The notes under the pieces are model-generated. The model did not search any database, was not told the DNA's origin, and saw nothing but the letters and a program-made list of their open reading frames with translations. The translations under genes and the position numbers were made by a program. A stretch of DNA of 64,000 nucleotides from an uncultured delta proteobacterium (GTDB taxonomy: Bacteria; Myxococcota; Myxococcia; Myxococcales; Myxococcaceae), in assembly GCA_963771175.1 (NCBI GenBank), contig CAVYSY010000032.1, positions 1 to 64,000 of the forward strand, read 5' to 3'. Below, one piece after another: positions 49,957 to 62,754 of this stretch (within the stretch, counting starts at the first letter, position 1; each line of letters begins with the position of its first letter).

Positions 49957-51043
49957 TTACCCCGAGCGGGAGCCTCCACGGACGCTCGGACTGCGCGTCG
50001 AGCGGCGCGGGCACCCGGTGCGTGCCCCACGCCACGACGTCCACCAGCTCCTCGCCGGGAGCCACCTCGGTGCTCCTCGAGCACGGCGCAGCGCTCGAGC
50101 CGCGCCCCCGCGCCCACGCGCGCGACCTGGCGCCCACGGACACCGCGGCGCCCAGCGCGCACCCCGTCCGCCAGCGGCGCACCCGCGCGCACGAAGTACG
50201 CCGGGCCCGTCACCTGCAGCGCCGCCCGAGCGCGCGCCGTCGGGATGCGACCCAGGAGTTCCCCTGCCCGCGCGGCGCGGCGGCGAACGGCGAGGCCGCC
50301 CCCAGGCCCGCCAGAGGACACGCTGCCCGGAGAGCACGTCGCGCACCGTGGCCAGGTAGCGCGCCGGGCGTGCCCAGGTCGGACCAGTACGCGCGCACCA
50401 CGCTCGCCGCGCACGGTGAGGCCCGCCTCCATCATCCGCACGTAGACGTCGCGGTTGATGTCCTCGGGGCCCTCGGGGCGCATGAAGTCGAAGACGCGGG
50501 GGCGCATGACGTGGACGCCGGTGAAGTGCCAGGGGGTGAGCCCCTCGCCGCCCGGACCCGTGCCCGCGATGCGGCGCACCCGGTCGCCGCGCATCCATCT
50601 CCACCGCGGCGTACTTCTCGCCCGCCGGCAGCGGCATGCAGCACCATGGTGGCCGCCGCGCCCGAGGCCCGGTGCGCCGCGACCACGGGGCGCAGGTCCA
50701 CCGGGAAGAGGATGTCCCCGTTGAAGACGACGAAGTCATCGCGCTCGCGAGGAAGTCCCGCAGGCCGCGGATGCCGCCTCCGGTGCCCTGGATGACGGGC
50801 TCGTGCACCACGTGGCAGCGGCAGCCCCGCGCGGGCGCACTCGGCCCGGGCGGTGGCGCGCCATCACGTCCGGCAGGTGGTGGGTGTTGATGCCCACCTC
50901 GCTCACGCCGGCGCGCCCGCAGCACCGCCAGGTGGTAGCGCAGCAGCGGCGCCCCGAGGAGCGGCATCGCCGGCTTGGGCCAGCGCTCGGTGAGCGGGCC
51001 GCAGGCGCGTGCCCAGCCCCGCGCAGAGGATCATCGCCTTCAT
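49957..51043 (-). CDS. Sugar-phosphate nucleotidyltransferase, MurU-like, with C-terminal beta-helix (frameshifted; 3' end approximate)
   Basis: MKAMILCAGLGTRLRP, INTHHL, GTGGGIR, FNGDI, FTGVHV, YWSDLGTP. Confidence 0.85.
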
Positions 51044-52118
51044 GTGCGGCCCCTCCCTGCTCCAGGCAGCCCAGCTCGGGGACGTAGCTGCGCGACCAGC
51101 TTCTGCAGCCCGGCGCAGCTCCGGCCGACGCGTGAAGGCCGTCGCGCACGTAGCGCAGCGATGGCCGGGATGGACACCAGGAAGCCCGGGTTGCCCTTCA
51201 CCCGGTTGATGAACTCGAAGCGGCCCGCGTCCTTCAGCTTGCGCTGGATGGTGAGCAGGTCGAAGAAGGCCTTGAACGGACCCCGCGCTCGATGCGCTCG
51301 CCCGCTCGCCTCGGCGAAGGTCGGCGATGTAGCGGTCGAGCATGCGCGTCCACGAAGTCGCGGTCCAGCTCCACGTAGCTGTCGCGCAGCAGCGCCACCA
51401 GGTCGTACTGGCGCGGGCCCTGGAGCGCGTCCTGGAAGTCGATGACCACCAGCTCGCCCTCCTTCACCATGATGTTGCGGCTCTGGTAGTCGCGGTGGGT
51501 GAAGCCGCGCGGCGCGGCGGCGAGCTGCTTCGCGATGTCGCGGAAGGTGCTGTCCAGCTCGGCGCGCTCGGCGTCGGTGGGCTTCTTGCCGCTCCACACC
51601 TCGAGGCCCCACTCGCGGAAGTGGTGCAGCTCCCAGTCGTAGAGGTCCTCGTCGAAGGCGCGGGTGAAGGCGAGGCACTCCGGGTCCGGGCTGACGCTCG
51701 GCCTGCGGCGCGCAGGCGGGCCAGCAGGTCCACCGCGCGGGTGTAGAGCGCCTGGCTGTGCTTGCCGCCCTCCAGCGCCGCCTCGAAGGTGAGGTCGCTC
51801 GAGGTCCTCGAGCACCATCATCCCCGCGGGCTCGTCGTAGCGGAGGATGCGCGGCACGCGGACGCCCAGCTTCTCCAGGTAGCGGTGCACGTTGACGAAG
51901 GGCAGCTCCTTGGGCGGCTCGCCCTTGGAGGCCTCCTCGCTCTTCTTCGCGCGCCTCCGGGGGCATCACCATGACCACCCAGCTCTCGGGGGCTGCGCCC
52001 ACGCGGTAGTAGGAGCGGTTGCTCGCGTCGCCCTTGAGCTTCGTGCACTGGGGGCCTGGGGCACGGGGCGGCCGATGGCCTTCCCCACCTGGTCGCGCAG
52101 CGCGGCCTCGAGTTCCAT
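51040..52118 (-). CDS. APH-family phosphotransferase, AmgK-like (frameshifted)
   Basis: GDASNRSYYR, MVLEDL, HRDYQSRNIM, IDFQDALQGP..YDLVALLRD. Confidence 0.87.
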
Positions 52119-52420
52119 AGATGAACGATTCTCCCTGGGTAGTGAGAGGGAGGCGCGCGAGTATGGGAGTGCCGGGGGGGCCGGGTCAAAACGTCCTGTG
52201 CGGGACATTTCATGGCTGGTCGTGTCCCCGACATGCCAGTGCCAGGGCCCGGGTGGCCGGCCGCTACACGGGCTCGCGCGTCCTGCCGCGACGTGTCGGA
52301 AGCACCCGGAGCGCGGGCCTGTTGCACCCTGATGGGGGACGGGCAACCGGACGAGGTCGACCGGCACCACCGGGGCGGTTATAAGGACCGCCGAGTTCTC
52401 CTCCCTCACGAGAGCTTCCG

Positions 52421-53786
52421 ATGGACATCCACGAGCACGATTCTCTCCGCCATTGGCCACACGCCGCTGGTCAAGCTCAACCGCTGGTCGGCCCCAACGA
52501 CGCGACCGTGCTGGTCAAGTGCGAGTTCATGAACCCCGGCGCGTCCATCAAGGACCGCATGGCCCTCTACATCATCGAGAAGGCCGAGAAGGAGGGGAAG
52601 CTCAAGCCCGGCGGCACCATCGTGGAGAACACGAGCGGCAACACGGGCATGGGCGTGGCGCTGGCCGCGGCGGTGAAGGGCTACAAGTGCATCTTCACGA
52701 TGCCGGACAAGATGTCGCTGGAGAAGATCAACCGCCTCAAGGCGCTGGGCGCGCAGGTGGTGGTGACGCCGACGAACGTGCCGGCCGAGGATCCGCGCAG
52801 CTACTACGAGACGGCCAAGCGCCTGCACCGGGAGACGCCGGGCGCGTTCATGCTCAACCAGTACCACAACCCGGACAACATCGAGGCCCACTACAAGATT
52901 ACGGGTCCGGAGATCTACGAGCAGACGGAAGGCAAGTTCGACTACTTCGTGTCGGGCCTGGGCACCGGCGGCACGATGAGCGGCGCGGGCAAGTTCCTCA
53001 AGGAGAAGATTCCGGGCCTGAAGAACGTGGGCGTGGACCCGGAGGGCTCGGTGTACGAGGGCTACTTCAAGACGGGCAAGCTGACCGAGCCGCACGTCTA
53101 CAAGGTCGAGGGCATCGGCGAGGACATGCTGTGCGGCGCCATGGACTTCAAGGTCGTGGACGACATCCGCCAGGTGGATGACCGCCAGAGCTTCGTGGCG
53201 GCGCGGCGGCTGGCGCGCGAGGAGGGCATCTTCGCGGGTGGCTCGGCGGGCGCGGCGGTGCACGTGGCGGTGCAGCTCGCCAAGGAGGTCGGCAAGGGCA
53301 AGACGATCGTCGTCATCGCTGCCCGACACCGGCATGAGCTACATCAGCAAGTTCCACTCGGACGAGTGGATGCGCGACAACGGCTTCCTGGAGGAGAAGG
53401 GCGCCGGCACGGTGCGCGACCTGCTCAGCGGCAAGAGCGAGGTGATCACGGCGCGCAAGGGCCAGCGGGTGGACCAGGTGGTGGAGACCATGCGCAACCA
53501 CGGCATCAGCCAGATGCCGGTGCTGGACGAGGACGGTCGCGCGGTGGGGATGATCCACGAGTACGACCTGCTCAACGCGCTGGTGGCGAACAAGGTGAAG
53601 TTCGCGGACACCATCGACAGCATCGTGGCGCCGCTGCAGGGCGTCGTCTCTCCGGAGACGAGCCTCAACCGGCTGCGCGAGGTGTTCGATCAGGACAAGG
53701 TCGCGGTGGTGAAGGAGGGCGAGAAGATCGTCGCCATCGTGACGAAGATCGACCTGATCGAGCACATGCACCGCACCGCGGCGTAA
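52421..53786 (+). CDS. Cystathionine beta-synthase (PLP domain plus CBS pair; frameshifts near both ends)
   Basis: IGHTPLVKL, NPGASIKDR, TSGNTG, GTGGT, EGIGED, C-terminal ISQMPVL and IVTKIDLI. Confidence 0.92.
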
Positions 53787-53814
53787 TGCGAATCCCCGGA
53801 GCACGAATGGAAGC

Positions 53815-53855
53815 AGGGCCCCGGACGCCATCAGGTGTCGCGGGGCCTTGTTTTT
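53815..53855 (+). terminator. Intrinsic terminator after the CBS gene
   Basis: AGGGCCCCG...CGGGGCCTT stem followed by GTTTTT. Confidence 0.65.
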
Positions 53856-53908
53856 GGCCCCCGTGGCGCGGCTTGCCGCTCCCGGGGCGCGGGTACAAGG
53901 TGAAGGGG

Positions 53909-54136
53909 ATGGATGACCTGGACGTGAACGACGTGGCCGTGAAGGAGGCGGTGCAGCGGGCCTGCGTGGACGTGGGCCTGCCCCTCTCCTATCGGTCGGT
54001 GGTGAGCCAGATGCTGCGGACCCCGTCCTCCGAGTGGCCCGCGTGCTGCGGCGAGGGCTGCTTCCCGTGCCAGCAGTCGCTGGCGGATGCGGTGCATCGC
54101 ACGCTGGAGCTGCTCGGCCGGCCCGCCCCGAGGTAG
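53909..54136 (+). CDS. Small Cys-cluster protein (oxidoreductase-like CCxxGCxPC motif)
   Basis: AAGGGG RBS; 75 aa with WPACCGEGCFPC; appears only as the tail of a shifted ORF in the track. Confidence 0.7.
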   Translation: MDDLDVNDVAVKEAVQRACVDVGLPLSYRSVVSQMLRTPSSEWPACCGEGCFPCQQSLADAVHRTLELLGRPAPR

Positions 54137-54209
54137 CCCGGCCGGGGAGGAGCAAGGCGGCCTCGGGTTGGGATATGCTCCACGCCCGCACTCGCGGTGC
54201 ATCCTTCCC

Positions 54210-55807
54210 ATGACTCCTTCGCGTCTCCGCTCGCTCCCCGCGCTCCTCGCGTCCCTCACCCTGCTGTCCTGCGCCGGTCCCCGCATCGAGTCGCAGAACC
54301 TCCAGCCGCCACCGCCCGCGGCCAATGGGGGTCGCCCGGTGTCGGATCCGCCTCCGTCGCGCATCGTCATCCACGCCACCATCTTCCGGGAGGCCCTCAC
54401 CAAGAAGATGGCCGAGAGCCTGCCCCGCTCGGGCGAGGGCGATGCCCAGCTCTTCGCCGGGCAGACGCTCCACTACACCTGGCAGCGCGAGCCGGTGACG
54501 CTCAAGTTCGACCGCGGCCGCGTCGTGGTGGGCGTCAAGGTCAACGGCCGCTTCAACATGATGGGCGAGCGCGAGATGCCCATCGCCATCACCATCGCCG
54601 GCGAGCCCGTGATGACCGCGGACTTCAAGGCGCTCCTGCAGTCCACCGAAGTGCAGGTGGTGGCCTCGGGCCCGGTGGATGCCGTCAACCGCAGCATCGA
54701 GGCCAAGCTGCACGACCTCATCACCCAGACGCTCGACACGTTCCGCTTCGACGTGCGTCCGCTGGTGGCCAGCGCCTTCGCCCGCCTCGCCCGCCCCATC
54801 GAGATTCCCGTGGGCGGCGACCAGGTGGCCTGTGCCGAGCTGAAGGTGACCAACCTGGAGGCCGCTCCCACCGTGCTCGCCGACGGCATGGAGAAGGACC
54901 TCGGCATCGTCGTGATGCCCTCGGTGACGCTGCCCTGCACCCCGGTGGCCAGCCTCGCCGCCGCCCCCGCCAGCGGTGATGGGGGCACCCCGGCCGATGC
55001 CGGCGCGCAGACGGCCAGCGTCGATGCCGGCTCCCCGGCCACCAGTGGCAACACCCAGTTCGCCAGCTACACCCCGGGCCCGAGCGTCACTCCGGGCACG
55101 GACGGTGGGACGCCGGGCACCGACGCCGGCACCCAGCTCGCGAGCGCGGGCGGGCCGATGGCGGCTCCCCGGGCCTGGACGCGGGCACTCCGGCCACGCA
55201 GGTGACGATGCCGCTGCTGCAGAACGTCTCCACCCTGCCCTCCGGCCCCTTCAAGGTGACCATCCCCGTGGCCGCCCGCTACGAGGAGCTCTCCAAGGCG
55301 CTCGAGGCCTCCATGAATGGACGCCTCTTCTTCTCCGCGTCCAACCCCGAGCTCTACATGGAGAACCCCCAGGTCTACCCGTCGGATGACACGGTGGTCA
55401 TCAAGATGAACCTGGGGGGCAAGGCCCAGGTGGGCAACTACGCCATTCCCGTGGGCGGCGAGCTCTACTTCGCCGGCCATCCCCACGTGATGGACAACCA
55501 GCTCTCCGTGCCCGACCTCGAAATCACCCCGGGCACCGCCAGCGAGCTGGTGAAGCTCAAGTTCGCCCTGGACTACCAGTCCATCCGCGACCAGGCCCGA
55601 CAGGCGCTCCGCGTGGACGTCTCCGAGCGGCTGGCGGCGGTGAAGGACAAGATGTCCACCGAGCTGTCCTTCTCCGAGGACATGGGCTGCGTGCGCGGCC
55701 AGGTGCTGCGCACCGAGGTGACGGGCGTCTACCCTCACCCGACCTTCCTGCGCATCTACGTGCAGGTGGACGCCCAGGTGGGGCTGTACCTGCCCTGCAA
55801 GAAGTAG
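54210..55807 (+). CDS. DUF4403-like lipoprotein (frameshift near 55170-55200)
   Basis: Lipobox LLSC; two beta-rich halves joined by a DAG/DGG-rich linker; host codon usage. Confidence 0.7.
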
Positions 55808-55833
55808 CTCCTTCGCTTGCGTGGGGGTGAACC

Positions 55834-57304
55834 ATGCGCGCTGACTCACCGCGGCTCCCCTGGGCGGGGCTGCTGCTCGCCATGAGCCTGCTGTCCACCG
55901 GCTGCGCGTCGCTGACGCCACCGCCCAGCCGGGGGATGCACCTGCGCTACTCGCCTCGCGAGGCCTCCGCTCCCTCGTGGGCAGAGGGGACGAGCCAAGA
56001 GCTTCCACGCGCCCTCACTTCATCTCCCCCTCGGCGCCAGAGCCCGCACGGCAGAGCGCCATCGCGGCCCATTCTCGCGTTCCTCGGTGCCGTTGGCGAC
56101 GTGTCCAGCTCAACCCGCCGCATTTCCGGTGAGCTCTCCAGACTCAAGGCCAGCAAGCGGGGCATCGCCGGCCGATACGCCGACCTGTTCATCCCCTTCG
56201 TCGACCATGGCGTTGAGCAACTGCGATGGATTGACGCCGAGCTCGCCGCTACCACCCGGCTGTCCAACACGGCCTCGGAGGTGGATGACCCGGACATGGC
56301 GCTCGCCCTCCTGCGTCTCGGCGGCCCACGGCTCGAAGCCGCCATGTTGGGCTCCATTCTGCTCGCCGCATGGCTGGACTTCCTCAACCTCGCCGACGTC
56401 GTGCTCAGGCAGTGTCCCTACTACAGCGTGGAGCGGCTGTTCTGGCACATGGACCGCTTGCAGATGATGCTCGCGCCCGCCATGACGGCACTCGCCTCCC
56501 TGGAGCCAGGACAGGTGGAGGCGGCGGCGACCGACCTGCCCTCGCTGGTAGGCCACCTCACCGGCGAGTTCGCCGCGACCCGTGAGTCCGTGCGCGTGGC
56601 GGCGCGGCAGTTCGAGGAGGCGATGCTGGTGAAGGAGCTCATCGAGCTGCTCACCACGGCCTCGGCGATGAAGATGGCACTGCCCCGGCTGCTACCGCCG
56701 GCCGCTTCCGCCACTCTCGGCGTGGGGCTCGTGGTGGGCTCCAACGGCGTGATGACGGGCACGCGGATTGTCGTCTCCGCCGAGTGGGTGGAGATGATGC
56801 GCCGGCTCGTACAGGCGGGCGTCATCTCCCGTTCCCGCCGTCAGCGCCGCTGTCCGGATTCACGCCGGCCAGGTGATGATGGCCGAAGCGAACGCAGGAC
56901 CTGCCGCGGGGCGTGCGCGACGCGCTCGGCGACGGGCCCGAGGTGCGTGGCATGCGCGTGACGGGCAGAGCGGGGGCCGGCATGGCCGAGCCACCGCAGC
57001 ACCACGTCCTGCCGCGAGAGTTCCGCGAGTGGTTCGAGAAGCGCGGCTTCACCGGCGAAATGAGCATCGACCAGTTCTGCGTCAGAATGGAGCAGGCAAG
57101 GCACGAGGCGATCCATGGCGGTGGCAACTGGCGCCTGGGTCGCATATGGCCCGGCGAATGGAACCGGATGATCATGAAGGCGCTGCGCGAGCCGAGACCA
57201 AGGCTGGCCGGATGCTGACGCCGACGGAGATTCTGAAGGTCGTCGCGGAGTATATGAAGGAGTACGACATCCCGATGAACTTCACCCCCTGGAGAGGAAG
57301 ATGA
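55834..57304 (+). CDS. Lipoprotein polymorphic toxin with C-terminal DUF2380 (His-rich nuclease-like) domain (frameshifted)
   Basis: Lipobox LSTGC; helical middle; QHHVLP.EF.EWF..RG...IDQFCV......HEAIHGGG.W......EWN. Confidence 0.8.
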
Positions 57305-57772
57305 CCGACGGACCGTTCCTGGGATGGCAACTGGAAGGTCCGCCTGTATGAGCGGGTCCGCGAGCGTGGTTACGCTTCGCTCACCGCCTTTGCCGAGGCA
57401 CGCCCCACCGCCTCGCTGTTGGCACTGGCCGAGGAGCTTGGCGAGGACGACGTCAACGCAGTGCAGGTGTTCAGCGGGTTGGTGGCCGAGGCGGAGCGGA
57501 GCCATCAGCTCACACGGCTGGTGCGCGGGCAGCTCGTGCGCGAGCTGTCCCAGATCTCCCGAACGGCTGGCCGGCCGTGCTGGACGACGCAAACCGTTTC
57601 GAGGTTGCCATGGCGCTCGCCCGTTGGAGTAGCCTACACCCCAGAAACCCATGAGGAGCGCGTCAGGCAGGTCGGCGATGCGCTGCTCGCCACGCCGCCG
57701 CCGCCCGGCTGGCGCCCACTCGGCCCCGACGACGAGCTGCTCCGCACGCTCCTGCCCGACGAGGAAGTCTGA
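57301..57772 (+). CDS. Putative cognate immunity protein (frameshifted)
   Basis: ATGA overlap with the toxin stop; W.GNWKVRLYERVRERGY.SLTAFAEARP...PPPPGWRPLGPDDELL; no signal peptide. Confidence 0.65.
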
Positions 57773-57798
57773 TCTTCCTCCTCCCGCGTGAAAAGACA

Positions 57799-57837
57799 GA
57801 GGGCCTCCGCTCCAGCACTTCGGAGCGAGAGGCCCTC
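57799..57837 (-). terminator. Terminator between convergent genes
   Basis: GAGGGCCTC-CGCTCC...GGAGCG-A-GAGGCCCTC stem with TGTCTTTT on the minus strand. Confidence 0.65.
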
Positions 57838-57846
57838 GGTGTTTCA

Positions 57847-59007
<1,161 letters not shown>

Positions 59008-59140
59008 GACCGGGGGCCTATCACACTCCCCCGCCGCCCGGGAGTGGTGGACGCGCCCAGTCCCCCTCCGGAACGCTTGCGGGACGGCGGGGACTCGGAG
59101 AAGAGGGAGCCGAGGTTGTACGGGAGAGGACAGGGCAGCC

Positions 59141-60119
59141 ATGACGACAGCGGACCAGGGCGCGGTGGGGATGTTCGAGAACCGCCTGCGCAAGAACGCG
59201 CGGCATTTCCGCAAGTGGGCCAAGGCGCACGGGCTGACCGCCTTCCGCGTGTATGACCGGGACGTCCCCGAGTACTCCTACGCGGTGGACCTCTACGGGG
59301 ACCGGGTGCACCTGGTGGAGTACCCCCGCCGGCGGGCGCTGAAGAGCCTGGAGGAGCAGCGAGCGGAGGTGCTGGCGGCGGTGACGGCGGTGCTGGAGGT
59401 CCCCCCGGAGCACATCCACGTGAAGACGCACCTGCCCCAGCCCTGGGGCCGCTCCCAGTACGGCCGGGTGGGCCAGGGCAGCGAGCGCCTCGTGGTGGAG
59501 GAGCAGGGGCTGAAGTTCTGGGTGAACCTCGGCGACTACCTGGACACCGGCCTCTTCATGGACCACCGGCAGACGCGCGCCCGGGTGCGCGAGGAGGCCA
59601 AGGGGAAGAGCTTCCTCAACCTCTTCTGCTACACGGGCGCCTTCACCGTGTACGCCGCCGCGGGCGGGGCCTCGCGCACCCTCAGCGTGGACCTGTCCAA
59701 CACCTACCTCGACTGGGCCGAGGAGAACCTCGCGCTCAACGGACTGTCGGACCCGCGCCACACCTTGCTGCGCGCGGATGCCCTCGCCTGGGTGCTGGCA
59801 CAGGGCAAGGCCCCCGAGGAGAGGTTCGACCTCGTCGTGTGCGATCCTCCCTCCTTCTCCACCTCGAAGAAGATGCAGGGCACCTTCAACGTGCAGAGGG
59901 ACCATGTGCGGATGGTGGAGGCCGTCCGGGAGCTGCTCGACTCCCGGCGGCGTCCTCTACTTCTCCACCAACTTCCTGGGCTTCGAGCTGAAGGACTCCG
60001 CCGTGCGCGGCTACGAGACGGTGGAGGAGCTCACGCCCGACTCCATTCCCGAGGACTTCCAGCGCAAGGAGATCCACCGCTGCTGGCGAATGGTGGCGCC
60101 CCGCGCTGGAAGCCGCTGA
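59141..60119 (+). CDS. 23S rRNA methyltransferase, stand-alone RlmK/RlmI-like domain (frameshift near 59940)
   Basis: FENRLRKN, FRVYDRDVPEY, DYLDTGLFMDHR, LNLFCYTG, DPPSFSTSK. Confidence 0.87.
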
Positions 60120-60128
60120 GCCTCGGGC

Positions 60129-60962
60129 TCAAATGCTGCAGACGCCTTCCACGCAGCGCTCGCCGGAGGGGCAGTCGCAGTTGACGGTGCAGGCATTGCC
60201 GCTGGCCGGGGAGTCCGACGGCATGCAGTAGCCGATCTTGCAGACGGAGCCCGAGGCGCACGTGGTGCTGGAGGTGCAGGGCGCGCGGCACGAGCCGTCC
60301 ACGCAGTCGTTGCCCGTGGCGCACTGGGTGGAGGTGGTGCACGCGGGCGTCGGACGCGGGCGGCACAGGCTGCTCGAGCACATCTCGGTGGAGGCGCAGT
60401 CACTGTCGGAGCCGCAACCGCGGATGCAGGCCCCGTTGATGCAGTAGCTGCCCACGCCGCATTCAGTGTTGCGCATGCAGGTGCTCGGGGTGCCCGCGTC
60501 GGAAGGAGGAGGCGGCGGGGGCGGAGTGCCCGCGTCCGACGGGGACGGGCAGGTGCTTCCAGCGTCCGGCCGCGTGCCCCCATCCGTCGGAGAGCTGGTT
60601 CCTCCATCCGTGGTGCCCCGCTTCGCGCGGCAGTAGTAGCCATCGCAGGAGTAGCCGGAGGCGCAGTCCATGTCGCGAGAGCACGAGCGGCTGCACAGCC
60701 CGTTGACGCACACGTCACCAGAGGCACAGTCCCTGCCGGTGGTACAGGACTGCGAGTCCACGGGGACGTCCTGACACATTCCGCGCGCGCAGTACTGGTC
60801 GAAGTGGCAGTCGGAAGCCTCGGTGCACGAGTGGTAGTCGTTCTCGCACCAGTCACCATGACCACCGCCGTGCTCAGTGATGATGCATCCAGAGACGAGG
60901 CCCACGACGAGCGCGAGCAGGGGAGTCAGTAAAGAGGCTCTGCGGGGGAGAAGGCTCAGCAT
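60129..60962 (-). CDS. Cys-rich repeat lipoprotein
   Basis: Lipobox LVSGC; about eight C-x5-C-x5-C-x4-C modules with a DGG/DAG-Pro linker. Confidence 0.8.
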   Translation of the reverse strand: MLSLLPRRASLLTPLLALVVGLVSGCIITEHGGGHGDWCENDYHSCTEASDCHFDQYCARGMCQDVPVDSQSCTTGRDCASGDVCVNGLCSRSCSRDMDCASGYSCDGYYCRAKRGTTDGGTSSPTDGGTRPDAGSTCPSPSDAGTPPPPPPPSDAGTPSTCMRNTECGVGSYCINGACIRGCGSDSDCASTEMCSSSLCRPRPTPACTTSTQCATGNDCVDGSCRAPCTSSTTCASGSVCKIGYCMPSDSPASGNACTVNCDCPSGERCVEGVCSI

Positions 60963-61222
60963 GAGGGGACTCCGTGAGGCGGCCGGCCACCGGCCTCGGG
61001 GGTTCGCGTCGGTTCGACGCTGGGGCCCGGGAAATTGCTCAAAGAATGTCCCGAAGCACCTGGGACCCGAGGGCCGTGATGGATTCTGAACGCCCGGGAT
61101 TCCGCACTGTCGTTCACCCTGAATTCATTCTGCTCAATTTCGCTCTCCGTGAAGCGCTATGCTCGAAGCGCCTCCGGGCCAGCGTCGTTGGCCCGAGTCC
61201 TCGCCCAGGGCAGGAGTTCACT

Positions 61223-62638
61223 ATGACGCATCGATTCGCATGGCTGACGCGGTGCTTGACGTTCTTGTCCTTCTTCCTCGCGGGCTCCGCTGGAGCCGCC
61301 GGGTGGAACTACGGCCTCTACCAGAGCCTCTGGCACAACGAGTGCCAGACCGGGAACACGGAGGTCCTCGCCCAGACCCAGGCCGGCTACTTCGGAGACA
61401 GCGCGACTCCCAAGGTCGGCGAGGTCTATTACGTCTCGGCGCTCGTCGCGGTGATTGGGAACTCCTGCGTTGGAGGCGCCCAGGTGATTCCGGAGGTCCA
61501 GCTCCCACCGCAGACGGTTCTGGCCATCAGCAGTCAATACCCGGTGCGGTGCGTGTACACGGACATTCAATCCGGCACGCAGACCGAACTGAGTGCCGCG
61601 GAGTGCCCGCAGACTGCATCCGTAGGCCTCTATGGGCAGTACGCGTTCGTCCAACCCGCGCAGTCGACCTTCCCGGTCCCCTACGGGAAGCGGTTCGAAA
61701 TCTGGGTGCCCGTCCTGTCCAAGACGACGCTGAGCGGCATCTCCACCAATTTCACCGCGGTGCTCCGCATCGCGAGCGGCGTCTCGGGCGATCTGTTCCC
61801 CAAGGTCGGCGTCTTCGTCTACCCGAACCCGCCCACCATCACCTACCCGGTGCCCTCGACCACGAGCCTCGGCAGCAACGCGGCCAGCACCCGGGGCGTC
61901 CTCAACAACCATTACACCTATGGGAATGTGTACGCCGACTTCGGCAAGACCACGTCCTACGAGCTGAGCGGCCACGGTCCCTTCGCCATCGGGGACTACG
62001 ACATGTACCAGGTGAACCTGGACTGGACGAGCCTCACGCCGGGCACGCTCTACCACTGGCGCCTGCGGTTCGTGTCCTCCACCGGGGCGACGACCCTGGG
62101 CGCCGACCAGACGTTCACCACGACCGGGACGCCTCCCGCGGGCCAGTACCAACTGGCGATGTCCGTGACCTCCGGGGGCTCCGTGGACATCTCGCCGAAT
62201 CTTCCCAGCTACCCGGCGGGGACCCAGGTCACCTTCACCGCCCGCCCCGAGCCCGGATTCCGGCTCGGCGGCTGGAAGATCGACGGCGTCGCGGCGGGGA
62301 GCGCAAACCCGCTCGTCCACACCATCACGAAGGAGCACTTCATCGGCGTGACCTTCCAGCAACTCCCGCCCGGAGGGGATGCCGGCACCGGAGCCTCGGA
62401 TGCCGGTACTGGAGCCTCGGATGCCGGCACCGGAGCCTCGGATGCCGGCACCGGAGCCTCGGATGCCGGGACGGGAGTAGCGGATGGTGGAACGAACCCC
62501 GGTCCTGGCGGCGGTACCGGCTCGACCAACCCGGAGGGCGGCGGCTGCTCCGCGGCGGCGTTCGGACCGGGCGCGATCATCGCGCTGGTGGGCCTGCTGC
62601 GTCGCCGTCGCGGGCGCGGTGGGCGAGGACAGAACTGA
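61223..62638 (+). CDS. Secreted MYXO-CTERM surface protein with Fn3-like and InlB B-repeat-like domains
   Basis: AGGAG RBS; signal peptide; LTPGTLYHWRL...G.DQTFTT; GTQVTFTARPEPGFRLGGW; C-terminal GGGCSAA-TM-RRRR. Confidence 0.82.
   Translation: MTHRFAWLTRCLTFLSFFLAGSAGAAGWNYGLYQSLWHNECQTGNTEVLAQTQAGYFGDSATPKVGEVYYVSALVAVIGNSCVGGAQVIPEVQLPPQTVLAISSQYPVRCVYTDIQSGTQTELSAAECPQTASVGLYGQYAFVQPAQSTFPVPYGKRFEIWVPVLSKTTLSGISTNFTAVLRIASGVSGDLFPKVGVFVYPNPPTITYPVPSTTSLGSNAASTRGVLNNHYTYGNVYADFGKTTSYELSGHGPFAIGDYDMYQVNLDWTSLTPGTLYHWRLRFVSSTGATTLGADQTFTTTGTPPAGQYQLAMSVTSGGSVDISPNLPSYPAGTQVTFTARPEPGFRLGGWKIDGVAAGSANPLVHTITKEHFIGVTFQQLPPGGDAGTGASDAGTGASDAGTGASDAGTGASDAGTGVADGGTNPGPGGGTGSTNPEGGGCSAAAFGPGAIIALVGLLRRRRGRGGRGQN
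62378..62482 (+). repeat. 21-bp tandem repeat x5 encoding DAGTGAS
   Basis: GATGCCGGCACCGGAGCCTCG, four near-perfect copies and one degenerate. Confidence 0.9.
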
Positions 62639-62754
62639 CCCGGGCGTTCAAACAACCCGCGCGAGAGGCGCGCGGCTCGATGAGCCTCAGTACGCGCTGA
62701 ACCGCCCCAGGGCGTGAAAGAGCCAGCCCCGCGCGCCCGTGGTAGACCGGGGCC

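Noticed and set aside
52421..54136. 571-aa ORF fusing a CBS start to the small Cys protein
   Set aside because: An indel artefact; CBS is in another frame, and a terminator and separate RBS lie between the genes.
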